Positions 38,201 to 48,800 of a stretch of 64,000 nucleotides of DNA are shown here, piece by piece (within the stretch, counting starts at the first letter, position 1; each line of letters starts with the position of its first letter). The position numbers were made by a program, and so were the translations under genes. The stretch covers positions 3,534,001 to 3,598,000 of the forward strand of contig CM068761.1 of NCBI GenBank assembly GCA_035084275.1. The letters are read 5' to 3'. The notes below the pieces were generated by a model that saw only the letters and a list, made by a program, of their open reading frames with translations, was not told where the DNA came from and did not search any database. Origin of the DNA: Hydrolagus colliei. Lineage: Eukaryota.

Positions 38201-41200
38201 AGGTAATGAGAATTGCGGAGATGCCGAGCGAGCAAAAGAACTTGAGGTTTTACTGTGAAGTTTGTTTTTAAAAAAAACTCTGGGAGCTTGACGTACCTCC
38301 ACATCCAAACCAAACTGGATGGCAAACCTCTCAGCTTCTTCAAACTTGTGCTGGTGAAGCAAGCGACTTAATCTGCAAACAGATACAAGAGTTACACACA
38401 CATACCAGAATTGGTATAGGAAGAGAAAAGAGGGAGAAGGTTGCACACAGGGTGAAAAGCAAGACGGAGAGAGGTTACACACAGCGACAAAGTGGGACTG
38501 AGAGAACGTTATACATAGATTGACAAAGTCAGAGGCGGGAGAACAAGGAAGTGACAAGACAGCAAAAGCCATATCATTTTTACCTGTTTTCTGGCAACGC
38601 TTCCGTTAAGGATCTCATCAACACAGCAGTGACAGCTGCCTCGGGTGATCTATAAGGTAGAATTAAAATTTGTTTTTTAAAAAATGTTTAATTTCGCTGA
38701 TCTCTGGAACTCCCTCCCAGACCACCGCAAAACTACCTCCCTCCCTGCCTCAAACCCCCCCCCGTTAATAAATCTTCCTTGTCCCTGGCTGAACATCCAG
38801 CGCGACGTTTGTCAAACGCTTTGAGGTGAAAGGTGCTTTCGTATACAAGACGCAAATTATTAAGATAAAAACAATAACATGGAAATCACCACAGGATTTT
38901 AATTTTAGTCAAAAGATTACACAAAGTGTTTTTTTCTTTGTTACCTCTTCCGGCTTTCATAAATTCCTTCCAGAACATATATCGTGTCCTGCAGAGGAAT
39001 AAATATTCATCAGACAAAACTCCATCAGGTAATGTTGGTCAACACACTAGAACCAGGTTCATTCATATCATCACAAACCAACACATCAATTGTATTAATT
39101 AACACAATTTAATTTATAATCACACCACACACACAACTTCCCTTCCACACAACACAGACAGTGATCAACACCAACAAGGGGATACTGCAAAGGTATATAT
39201 TTTTGTTATTATTGTGCTACCTGAGTGATGCCAGTCTGAACCAGAGCTGAAACGGCTGCTACCTCCAAGGAGTAAAGCAGCTTCATGGTTGGAAGTGAAT
39301 AGACCATGAGGTTCCTCATCTGCAAGCAACAAAATGCAACCACGTTCCCATCGTCCAGCCAACACAGTGCAAATAAACAACACTTACAGTCTTATATATC
39401 GACTCTAACATCTAAATGTTTCAAAGCGTTTGACAAAGAAATCACCAGCAAACGCAGTACAGTACTCGAGTCGAGGTGAAGTGTCAAGCAATTTACAAAC
39501 AGAAAAATGTCACAAACAACTACCGGTATGTAATGATTAAGTTGGCTTAACATCTTATGAGAATGGCCTCCACTAATGAAACACTCCCCCCACCCCTAGA
39601 TATTGCGCTGGAGCGTCAGCAACAACAACAACATCTTCGATTTATAGACGGCGTCTCAGAACACTTCAATTGTGACCTCAATGTCCTAATGTAGAATCAT
39701 CAGCTGGGGAAGGAGGTTGTTGGGGAAAACCATGTCGGGAGGACGTCCCAAGATGTTGAACGGTCAGGGCTCGTGCATGGGGGTGGGGGTGAGGGAACAT
39801 GGTTGGGGTGGGGGGGCAGAGAGGTAGGGGAGCAGCGGCTGAAGTCAAAACAAAACCAAAGCGCAGAACATCATTACCCATTTATCATTCTGAGCCGTCA
39901 GAGCAACAAGCTTCAGGTTGGCATCCTCTTGTCTGGAGAAAGAAAATCGGAAGAAATCGTTCGGGCTTGCTGGGTCTGAGCAACAACAAATTACATTTAT
40001 ACAACACCTTTCACATAGGGAGGACGTCCCAAAGCGCTGGACAGCCAAGTGTTTGCATTAACGTCAATTATTTACATTAGTAATTTAATAAGAGCAGTAA
40101 CGTAAGTGTCTTGCAAGTGTATAAGCTTTGAGATTGTTTCATTTATTTGCAATTTTATAGACAGCCCTTTGCCTCCCTGACACAGAGGGAGAACAGCAGC
40201 TGATTATCAAGAAGGGTGCCGTTGGCTGGGACATACTCATATCTTGTAGCTCAGTGGTTAGTGCACTTGCCTTACAAGCGTGAGACCTGTGTTCAAATCC
40301 AGGCAGATCAGGGCAACCTTAGCCAAGTTTCCTTACTCCACACGCCTAATAATAATCCATGCCCAAAATATCACAATAAAATTGGGTCATTTCAATCCAC
40401 GACTGTTTGTGGGACACTGCTGTGCACAATTGGCTGCCACATTCCACCCACAAATATACGGTCAATTCACTTTACAGCATATTCTGTGAAATGCTTTGAG
40501 ACATCAATAAGATGTGAAAAGCGCTATATCAAATCAATAATTATTATTATAAGTATCTCAGAACCAGCTTGATAATAATTGATAATAATACCTTCATATA
40601 GAGCTTTATTAATTCATTGAGCAGGTTCACAGGATATAATGTCGAGTGTGTTATTATATTTTGTAGGGGACACACGGCAGCCAATTGTGCACACAACAGT
40701 TTCCCACAGGCTCGTGGATTCAGTGATCAAAGTATTCTGTGTTGGAAAGTAAGGTTTTGGAAATGGGTGAGTTTGAATGTGCCAAAGGGCCTTCTTCACC
40801 TGAACCTCTCCTGTGAAATCTTGTTCAAACACATGAGATTCGTTCTTGGTCTTACTTGGTCAAAGCGGAGGAGTCGCCCTCAGCGGTCAGTAAGAAGTCT
40901 TGGATGTGAACAGAAGGCCAGAACCAGACCATGACAAGGGCACAGACATCCCACATGCTGAGGAGATTCTGCAGCCAATAAACACACAATTAGTTCCCAA
41001 AACAAAGAGCACACTTTAAGAAAGGTGATGCGTACCGAACACCCACGACAAAGCATTACTTACACTGTGGTTGAGGACAAACAGCATGTTGCCCAGAATT
41101 TGACATTTCTTCACACCTATTGAGAAATATGTTGGCTTTATTAGAAAATGAAAACAATACGAAGATCGATGCATCCAGTCCTATCACAGAGTTTCAGAAG

Positions 41201-44200
41201 GCAGCACATCTGCGCATAGCAACGTCCCACAAACAGCCATGAAATGAGTGACTAGCTTTATTGTATGTATTTGGGGGGACTGTTGGCCAGGACATCGGGA
41301 GCAAGAAACTCCCTTCAGAGTTCAGAATCAGAGAACTTAAGGTTACAAGGGCTCCGTAGACAACCTATGTTTAACCCATGTTCTAGTGAGGAGCTTCATA
41401 ACAGGATCGCCTGCATTTATACAAACAATATCTTGCCACGTACCTTGCATCATGGATGAATCAATCGTGCTGCTAACGGTTATTGTTTTCTCCACGGCAT
41501 TCACCTTCCACTTTGTCAGGGCACAGTCACCTGCTCCCTGAGCACAAGAACAGATGGAGTTTACCCTGAGACTTTCTCCCAGTGTACATTCCCCTCCTTG
41601 CTCCAAATTTACCCTCAAATTCGAACACATCAGTTTCTCGTCTAGACAAGCAGATGCCTTTGCCTTCAACAACTTTGGGCACAGACCAGCGGAGTCCTGA
41701 ATGGCCTGTTACTGCGCTGTACAGTTCTACGTAATTCATGTCATTATTAATCGGTATTATTTTGTAAAGCGCTTCAGGACATAAATTTTATGTGAATGGT
41801 GCTGGGTAAACGCACCCTTGCATTCAATATTCAAATCCACCGAATTATACTCAAGTCCACAGACTGACTGACTGACAGGAGAAATACTAACACAGAAGAC
41901 CAGGGAGCTTCTCACCCCAAGTATTAATTGAACACCACTCTTCAAGCTCTCAATGGCTGAGTGATAGCAGCCAGCCGTGTGCCAATCTTGCGAGGCGATG
42001 TACTTTATATTGATGTGTTCCTTGAGCTAAAGGGACGGAGGGAAAAGCAAAAGAAAATATTTGTTTTAAACAGGCCCCGTCAATAATAAACGAAACCATT
42101 CTATTAAGGGGGCGAGAGTCGAAACGTCCGAAAGCTTACTGATTTTGCTGCTTCTAAGTCCATCGTCTCGATCGCTGCAACAAAGGGGAAAAAAAATTGC
42201 TTTCATGAGATGGAAGTGAAGTGCATGCAGCTTTCACTTAGATTGTCAAAACATTGCAGTGCCCTGCACAACACAAGATTAAATAGTAATGAAGTGAACA
42301 GAACAGCTGATCTACAATCTCCTGCAATACGCAGCAGCCAATTCATTAGTCTTTAGGTGTGGTATTAGATAATAGTAGCTCGAGGCACAATCCATACTAG
42401 CTCGCAGGCTAGACTCAAGAGCACACTAGACTAAAGGAGCCAATCAGCAGGAATAATCGTCATCGTTGCATTTGATATGGCCCCTTTCGCATCAGGAGAA
42501 TGTCTCAAAGTACTTCACAAGTTTTATTGTAATGTGGAGTGATCGTGGATTTTGTTGGGAGAGGGGAGCAGTGAGGGTAGGTGGGAGGAGGGGAGCAAAG
42601 GCAGGTAGATGAAACTCAAAAGAGCTGACCGAATGGAATCTTCTATGTTATATGGGTAAGGCATGAATCATCTTCCGTCGAAATAGGAAGCTGTGATCAG
42701 TTACCTTGTTGAAGATTGGCGAGGTGAAGACCGGAGACCCAGAAGAAGCCGTGGGCGGTAAGGAGCAACAGGTAGTAGCTGCCTGGAAAAGCACAAAGTG
42801 TTTAGAAGCCCTGCACCTGAGTGGACTGAGAATCACAATCATCGCGTACAGATATTCAGAAACCTGGCACCACTCGTTTAAACCTCTCTTTCCCGCTTTT
42901 TTGCTGATGTGACATGAGCTGTCAGTCTTAAAAGGGTTAATAATAACAATAATAATTCTCGCATATAACGTAACTAGGGCCTTATCAAACGCAAGGATTA
43001 CTATTATTATCACATCATTGAGACATCTCAAAGCGTATCACAGAGTATACTGTAAAGTGAATTAACTGGTATATATTTCGTGGGAGAAACGCACTTAAAG
43101 GCACAAGAGTGTTGCTGCTGCCACCAACACATTTTATTGTTTGTTTGCCTGAAATCAGGGTTTGGGCTTTTGACTCCAGACTTTCTACCTGAGTGATTGA
43201 TGTCCTCCTCCAAAGAAAGAGACCAATACGTCTTTCGATTCCCATCTGTAGAGCCTTTTATTAGCGACTGCAAGACAGAAAGACCTCCCGTTTTTAGTAC
43301 ATTACCAAGTCAAACCCTTCTGTTCCCTCCATTCAGCGGACTCTGGCCTGCTCCATGTTCACCGCCCTGCCCACCCCTTCAGCCTTTCTGCCCCCACCCT
43401 CCATAATTCCATCCCAGTCCTTCCACTTTGTCCCCTCCCTTACCACCTATAAAGCCCATCTCAAGATCCTTCTCTTCAACCACACCTTCGGTTATCCACC
43501 TATACACAGCGTCCCTGCCCTCCACAACCTCCTATTTCAAAGACCCTGCTCAGATCCAAATCATTGACTATCTAGCAATGGAAGTCAATTGGAATGTCCC
43601 ATATATGTGTATCCCATCTTTCACTTCAGGTGGGATGTTCCAAGGCGCTGGACAGTCAAGGATTGTTCAGATCAGGAGGGATGGAGAGCAGGGAAAGTTG
43701 TGGTAGGAGGGTTCCCACAAGGTACAAGAAGGGAGAGGTGTTTCATTAAAAAATAAGAAGCACTTACGTTGGTGAGTAGGGTCTGCTTGCTCTTCACGTG
43801 CAGCAGGTGAAGGTTGCCATTTCTTTCCCCCACCATCAGAAACTGTCCCTCAAGGCACAAGCCCACTACATCTACCGCAGTATCTGCCCGAGAGGAACAG
43901 TAAGATTTTTTAAAAAAAACTTTTATAATGCCTTGCATCTCCAACAACAACTTGCATTTATATAGTGCCCCTCATGCAGGGTAGCGTCCCAGAAAGCTAT
44001 CCAATACAGAAAGTTGTTTTTTTCTTAGAAATCATTTTGCACCCAGGAATGTCCCACAAACATGTGAAGTGAATGAATAATTCATTTATCTGGAGGACTG
44101 CCGGGGGCAGGACATAGGAAGAAACTAACTTCCCTTTTCAATAGCATCACAAAATATTTAACGTTAAAGTTAACAGGGACAGTCGGGATGTCAGTTTAAC

Positions 44201-45332
44201 ATTTCTTTTGAAAGACAGTGCCCCCAACACTGTAACAAATGCAGAAACATCAGAATAAAGTACGAGCTCAATATAATAATAATCCTTGCATTTGATATAC
44301 TGCTTTTCACGTCTTCTAGACATCTCAAAGCTCTTCACAGAATACACTGTAAAATGAAGTGACAGTATACTTGTGGGCGAAACGCGGCAGCCAATTGCGC
44401 ACATCAATGTCCCACAAACAGTTGTGGATTGAAATGACCAATTTTATTACTGTGGTTTTTTTAAAGGGAGCTCAAAGCTCCAAGGTTAGGTTTCTGACAC
44501 AGCAGCGATGTGACCAGGAAGAAGGGTCTCCATTTGATGTATAACTTGGCAGAGGTAGGACTTACCAAACCGGAGCTGCAGCAGCACGGACTGACAGGTC
44601 TGGTCCAATAGAATCACCGAGCAGTCAACCACCACCAGACAGCCATCTGAGCTGCTGTAGGCATGAAGCTCGGGGCTGCTTGTAACCTAAATGGCAAACT
44701 CAACGTTATAATAATAATCCTTGCATTTGATATAGCGCTTTTCACATCTTATCGATGTCTCAAAGCGCTTCATAGAATGTACTATAAAGTGAACTGACTG
44801 TATATTTGCGGGAAAAACACGGCAGCCAATTGCGCACAGCGGTGTCCCCACAAACAGTCGTGGATTGAAATGACCAATTTTATTATTGTGGGGTTTTTTG
44901 GACGGATTATTATTAGGCATGCGTGTGGAGTAAGGAAACTTGCCCAAGATTTCGCCCTGATCTGCCTGGATTCGAACACAAGCCTCACGCTTGTAAGGCG
45001 AGAGCGCTAACCACTGAGCTACAAGAGCTCCTTTACTTCACTGATCAAATCTTTCTGAGTAACAACAAAAACTTGCAACAGAGAAAACAGAAAATAGGCG
45101 TAGGCCCGTGTGAAAGGACTCACTCCACTATAAACACATTAGGCTAAAGTACTGCTGCTTCAATTTGGCCGTCTCTCTGTGCCTAAAAACATGCTCCCAC
45201 CTTCTCTGAAGAGGATATTTTAACCAGAGTGTCCACTTGATAAAGGGCCGCACCGCTCTCTCTCCTGGCCTCAATGTTCAGTCGACCGGTGCCTGTGTCA
45301 TCGTTTGTCAGAAGTTCCACGTCGTTCCACAT
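15388..45332 (-). CDS. KNTC1: Kinetochore-associated protein 1 (ROD, RZZ complex subunit)
   Basis: ATG at 45332 (MWNDVELLTNDDTG). 62 phase-consistent GT-AG coding exons: 45201-45332, 44566-44686, 43768-43883, 43189-43267, 42705-42782, 42140-42174, 41916-42026, 41444-41537, 41064-41116, 40856-40968, 39878-39932, 39221-39319, 38945-38988, 38584-38649, 38297-38372, 37759-37884, 37515-37604, 37075-37140, 36704-36765, 36153-36264, 35671-35814, 35153-35209, 34903-35004, 34476-34595, 34151-34294, 33956-34054, 33630-33733, 33152-33254, 32763-32897, 32388-32504, 32089-32161, 31773-31840, 30910-31196, 30533-30705, 30203-30300, 29721-29865, 28994-29050, 27899-28062, 27356-27460, 26972-27100, 26706-26822, 26183-26292, 25854-26058, 25330-25419, 25034-25205, 24751-24809, 24357-24573, 24055-24128, 23601-23811, 23140-23249, 22456-22511, 22207-22285, 21618-21736, 20382-20517, 19605-19700, 19259-19315, 18419-18473, 18247-18310, 17464-17593, 16895-16984, 15747-15892, 15388-15478. 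Peptides such as KEGMIKGLWKNH, LDPYDYE, TRLPFHLLFFG and EALPENRLSRLLH match human KNTC1 in order. The stop-containing last exon is unresolved. Confidence 0.97.
16545..16800 (-). mobile_element. tRNA-derived SINE
   Basis: Reverse-complement tail and core, ending in the head CCACTGAGCTACAGGACTCC. Confidence 0.8.
17755..18050 (-). mobile_element. tRNA-derived SINE
   Basis: Reverse-complement tail, core and tRNA head. Confidence 0.82.
18480..18805 (-). mobile_element. tRNA-derived SINE (degenerate)
   Basis: Same family motifs, reverse complement. Confidence 0.72.
20995..21235 (-). mobile_element. SINE interrupted by a CR1 fragment
   Basis: Family tail and core, followed by CR1-like sequence at 21235-21350. 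The SINE resumes near 21355 (GAGGAGTAAGGAAACTTG). Confidence 0.72.
22785..22940 (-). mobile_element. SINE, 3' half
   Basis: Family tail and core, reverse complement. Confidence 0.8.
25480..25755 (-). mobile_element. tRNA-derived SINE (internally deleted)
   Basis: Tail, core and head (ACTACGGGACTCC), reverse complement. Confidence 0.72.
26526..26700 (-). mobile_element. CR1-type LINE 3' UTR fragment
   Basis: ATCATAGAATC.TACAGCACAGGAGGCCAT...TGTGCCGGCTCTTTGAAA is the reverse complement of a CR1-like tail. A related plus-strand copy at about 6820-6965 ends TCTATGATTCTATGAT. Confidence 0.6.
28175..28822 (-). mobile_element. Two tandem SINE copies (about 28175-28345 and 28475-28822)
   Basis: Both carry the CCTTGCATTTGAT tail and the core. 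The second includes the tRNA head. Confidence 0.8.
37190..37470 (-). mobile_element. tRNA-derived SINE
   Basis: Family motifs, reverse complement. Confidence 0.72.
40243..40550 (+). mobile_element. tRNA-derived SINE, full length
   Basis: TGTAGCTCAGTGGTTAGTGCAC...GTTCAAATCC head, core and tail. Very similar to 3755-4054. Confidence 0.9.
44272..44450 (-). mobile_element. SINE, 3' half
   Basis: Family tail and core, reverse complement. Confidence 0.82.
44708..45030 (-). mobile_element. tRNA-derived SINE, full length (best-preserved copy)
   Basis: The minus strand reads GGAGCTCTTGTAGCTCAGTGGTTAGCGCTCTCGCCTTACAAGCGTGAGGCTTGTGTTCGAATCC..., then core and (TTA)n tail. Confidence 0.9.
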
Positions 45333-45618
45333 TTTTGGACAATGGCTGCAATATTAAGAGTGCAGAATGCGTGAGCTCAAAAGCTCCCGACCAGTCAATC
45401 ACTTCAGAGCAGCCCAAGCACATCGACAACATTAACAATATTGAGGTGAACGCTACAATACAACCTGAATATTACCATGTCATTAACTATATCAACCACA
45501 AAAACAACTCAGTTATAATCATGACATGATTGTTATGATTTGACATAGCGTCATACCACATCTTCTAGGCGTCTCAAAGCGCTTCACAGAATATATTGTA
45601 AAGTGAATTGACTGCATA

Positions 45619-45840
45619 CAGCAAAAGCCTATTTATCCGGCACCCTCGGCACCTGGCCAATGCCGGTTAAAGCGCATGCCGTATATTTGACCGAAAACAC
45701 ACAAAAAAAATATAGATTTTTTAAATACTGCATTGCGCCGGATAAATCCCAGTTAATCGAATGGGGACCGTTTTTTTGAGGCGCCAGTTATATGGAAGTT
45801 ACGGGTGATCGGGGGTCACGGATAAACGGGGATTTTACTG
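45619..45840. mobile_element. Tigger/pogo-like MITE (222 bp) nested in a SINE
   Basis: Imperfect TIRs CAGCAAAAGCCTATTTATCCG and CGGATAAACGGGGATTTTACTG, with TA immediately to the left. The flanks are continuous SINE sequence (GTGAATTGACTG...TTTCGTGAGCGAAAC). Confidence 0.7.
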
Positions 45841-46429
45841 CGTTTCGTGAGCGAAACTTGCATTTAGACAGCGCCCTTTAGCTAAGGGGCAATGTCTCGG
45901 AGCGGGTCAGAGGACATCGCTTGTGGGAGGGGAGGAGAGAATGAGATAGGTCGCTAAGCGTTTGTATATTATCCTTGTCATTACCCCCTTTTTAAAAAGA
46001 ATTTATTGAGGATGTAAAACATACAGTGGATCACTTACTGTACAGTAAGCACTTTGAGATGTCTCAACGAAAGCGATAAGCCACTGTACCCACTGAAAGG
46101 ATTATTATGTAAATAAGATAAATATTATTCCAGCGCAAACAAACACACACACACACGGTACAGAGAGCAACCCGGAGCTATCACTTTCATACTTTGTTTC
46201 ACCTTCCGGGAGAAAAATCTTAACATTTAGGAGCCACATTAAGTTTTTTTTTTGCATCGAAAAACATTAGGTAAACACACAAAAAGTTTATAGATATATA
46301 TTTATATATACGTGTGTGGAGAGAGCACCGAGGGACGGCCTGAAGTGAGTTGAGGCCCCGCAGTGGGGGTGGGCTTGGGCTTGGGCTTCAGGCCTCTCCG
46401 TACCCCTCCCCCCCCCGCCCTCCCCTCAC

Positions 46430-46580
46430 CTTTTCAACTCCTCATTAAACAACTCTCACCCTTCTCCAGACGACGCGATTCCGATTAAAAGCGTCTCCCT
46501 CCTGCCTTTCCTCCCTGAGGTAAACTCCCCCCGCCAACAACCAACCGCCAGGCTGCAGCTTCAAATTTGGCGGGATTTCG
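46430..46580 (-). promoter_or_regulatory. KNTC1 promoter and non-coding exon 1 with adjacent E2F and CHR elements
   Basis: The minus strand reads AAATCCCGCCAAATTTGAA at 46560-46578 (E2F-like site abutting CHR TTTGAA) in a CpG-rich patch. Donor GAAAAG|GTGAGG at 46430; exon 2 acceptor ttgcag| at 45345, just before the ATG. Confidence 0.7.
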
Positions 46581-47042
46581 AGGAGGTCGTTACCCTCGAC
46601 CGCCGCTAGGGGGAAACACTTACCCAGTGTGCGCGCACCCACCCATCTCCTCCTTTAGTCAGTCAGTTGTGCAGTTGCTTAGTTAGTATTAAGTGATGAT
46701 TAAAAATAGTATTAAGTGATGATAATAATAATCCTTGCATTTGATAACATTAGAAAGGGAAGGGTTTCAAGACCTTCTTCCACACACACACACACCCTTC
46801 TTTAGTCAGTCAGTCGGTGAAGTTGCTTGGTTGCCATTAACTGATTTAACAACAACAACAAATTACATTTATAGAGCGCCTTTCACGTCGGGAGGACGTC
46901 CCAAGGCGCTGCACAGGAGGCGTGTGACCCGAGCTGAGAGGGGAGTGATTGGGAAGGGGTGAAACACGAAGGGGGAGGTAAAAGAGTTTGGGGTGGAACA
47001 AAAGGCACGATCGAAGAGGAAAGTCTTCAAACCGGTAATTCA

Positions 47043-47350
47043 GTAATAATAAGTAATACAGTAATAATAATGCTTGCATTTGATATAGCACTTTTCACAC
47101 CTTCCAGACGTCTCAAAGCGCTTCACAGAATATACTGTCAAGTGAATTGACTGTATATACGTGGGCGAAACGCAGCAGCCAATTTCGCACAGCAGCGTCC
47201 CCACCAACAGTCGTAGAGTGAAATGACCAATTTTGTTTTGGAGGGATTATTATCAGGTGTGTGGAGTGAGGGAACTTGCTCAAGGTTTCGCCTGAATCGA
47301 TCTCTTGCTTGTAAGGTGAGTGCTCTTTACCACTGAGCTGCAGGACTCCA
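47043..47350 (-). mobile_element. tRNA-derived SINE, full length
   Basis: Family tail, core and head (CCACTGAGCTGCAGGACTCC). Confidence 0.85.
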
Positions 47351-47759
47351 CAATGAAATTAGAAAGGGAAGGTTAGGGTTTGGGGATCTTTTTCCATCCA
47401 CAAGTACACACACCTCTCATTTCATTTGACTCAAACTCAGAAATGACAACAACGATAACAACTGGTTGTAATTGTTACCGTTACTGATGTGGGATTCAAA
47501 GGGATTCTCACAACTAGGTGCAGGGCAAAAAATATCTTCGCCCATCCCCAGGGATTGCTAGGCAATATCACCCCTCCCAACAACAAGAAAATTACATTTG
47601 GATAGCCTTTCACGTCCAGAGGCTGTCGCAAGGTTATAGAGTCCAGGGCAGCGTCTTGAAGGGATTCAGAGCAATATGTATCCTCGTGGGAGGTACAAGG
47701 TAATGTCTTTCCCCAGGGTTACAAGACAATGTGTAGATATGTATGTTCTGTACAGGTGT

Positions 47760-48345
47760 ATGGAGGAGTGCAAAGCAATGTGTGTGTTTGAAGGAGGAAG
47801 TGGGATACAAGGTGATGTGTGTGTGCATATAGAGGAGGAAGAGGGGTTCAAGGAAATGTAACATCAAAATTATAATTCCTGTATGTATGTGTATGGAGGA
47901 GGAAGAGGGGTAAATGGTGTCTGTGTATATAGAGGAAGAGGGGTTTAAGGTATGTGAGTGTATAGAGGAGGAAGATGGGTATAAGGTGTGTGTGTGTATG
48001 TATAGAGAGATCAAGGCAATGTATGTGTGTATAGAGGAGGTCAAGGATTTGTACATATGTGTGTATGTAGAGGTGAAGGTTATGTATGTGTGTATAGAGG
48101 AGGAAGAGGGGTATAAGGTGGGTATGTATATAGAGGTCAAGGCTATGTATGTGTGTGTATAGAGGAGGGGTATAATGCGTGTGTTTATAGAGGTCAAGGC
48201 TATGTATGTGAATAGAGGAGGAAGAGGGGGTCAAGGCTATGTATATAGAAGTCAAGGCTATGTATGTGAATAGAGGAGGAAGAGGGGGTCAAGGCTATAT
48301 ATATAGAGGTCAAGGCTATGTATGTGTGTATGTACAGAAGAGGGA
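47760..48345. repeat. Degenerate purine-rich minisatellite
   Basis: Alternating units resembling TATAGAGGTCAAGGCTATGTATGTG and TATAGAGGAGGAAGAGGGGTATAAGGTG. Confidence 0.85.
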
Positions 48346-48410
48346 GAGCAGGAGGTGTAAGAGAGCAGGAGGTGATGTAGGTTTGGTTGGGGGGGGGGGG
48401 GGGGGGGCTA

Positions 48411-48800
48411 GTGTGGGTCACGTGGTGTGGGTCACGTGGGTATTGATCGCCGCCGCTAGGCCCACACTGCACCGCGCTCCCCTCCCCCCGAGTGAGTGAA
48501 TGAGCGAGTGAACGGCGGCGAGCGAGCGTCTCTCTCTCCACCTCCTGAGTGTGAGAGAGGGGGAGGAAACACACACACATACACACATAAAACCCCTTCT
48601 CCCCCCCCCCCCCCCCCCCCCAATCCACCCACCTCATCTCCTCCTCAGAAACTACACAGCAACATGTCGGTAAGACGATACGCATCTCTTCAGTCTGGGA
48701 GAGAGATGATTTGAAGCGCTTTTATGGGGTGTTTTTTTAACCGCCGGCGCCGTGTGTCGGTTGAGAAAAAGGAGAGAGAAAAAAAAGAAAATGGCGGCGG
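48411..48800 (+). promoter_or_regulatory. RSRC2 promoter / CpG island with tandem E-boxes and an intron-1 YY1 site
   Basis: GTGTGGGTCACGTG is repeated at 48411-48424 and 48425-48438 (GTCACGTG, USF/TFE-type). AAAATGGCGGC (YY1 consensus) lies at about 48788-48798 in intron 1. Confidence 0.6.

Noticed and set aside
44960-45030. tRNA-like sequence with A and B boxes (also near 3760 and 40245)
   Set aside because: These are SINE heads continuous with the SINE core and tail, not tRNA genes.
47634-48685. Long ORFs rich in Y/T/H/I/S
   Set aside because: Translations of the minisatellite and low-complexity promoter DNA.
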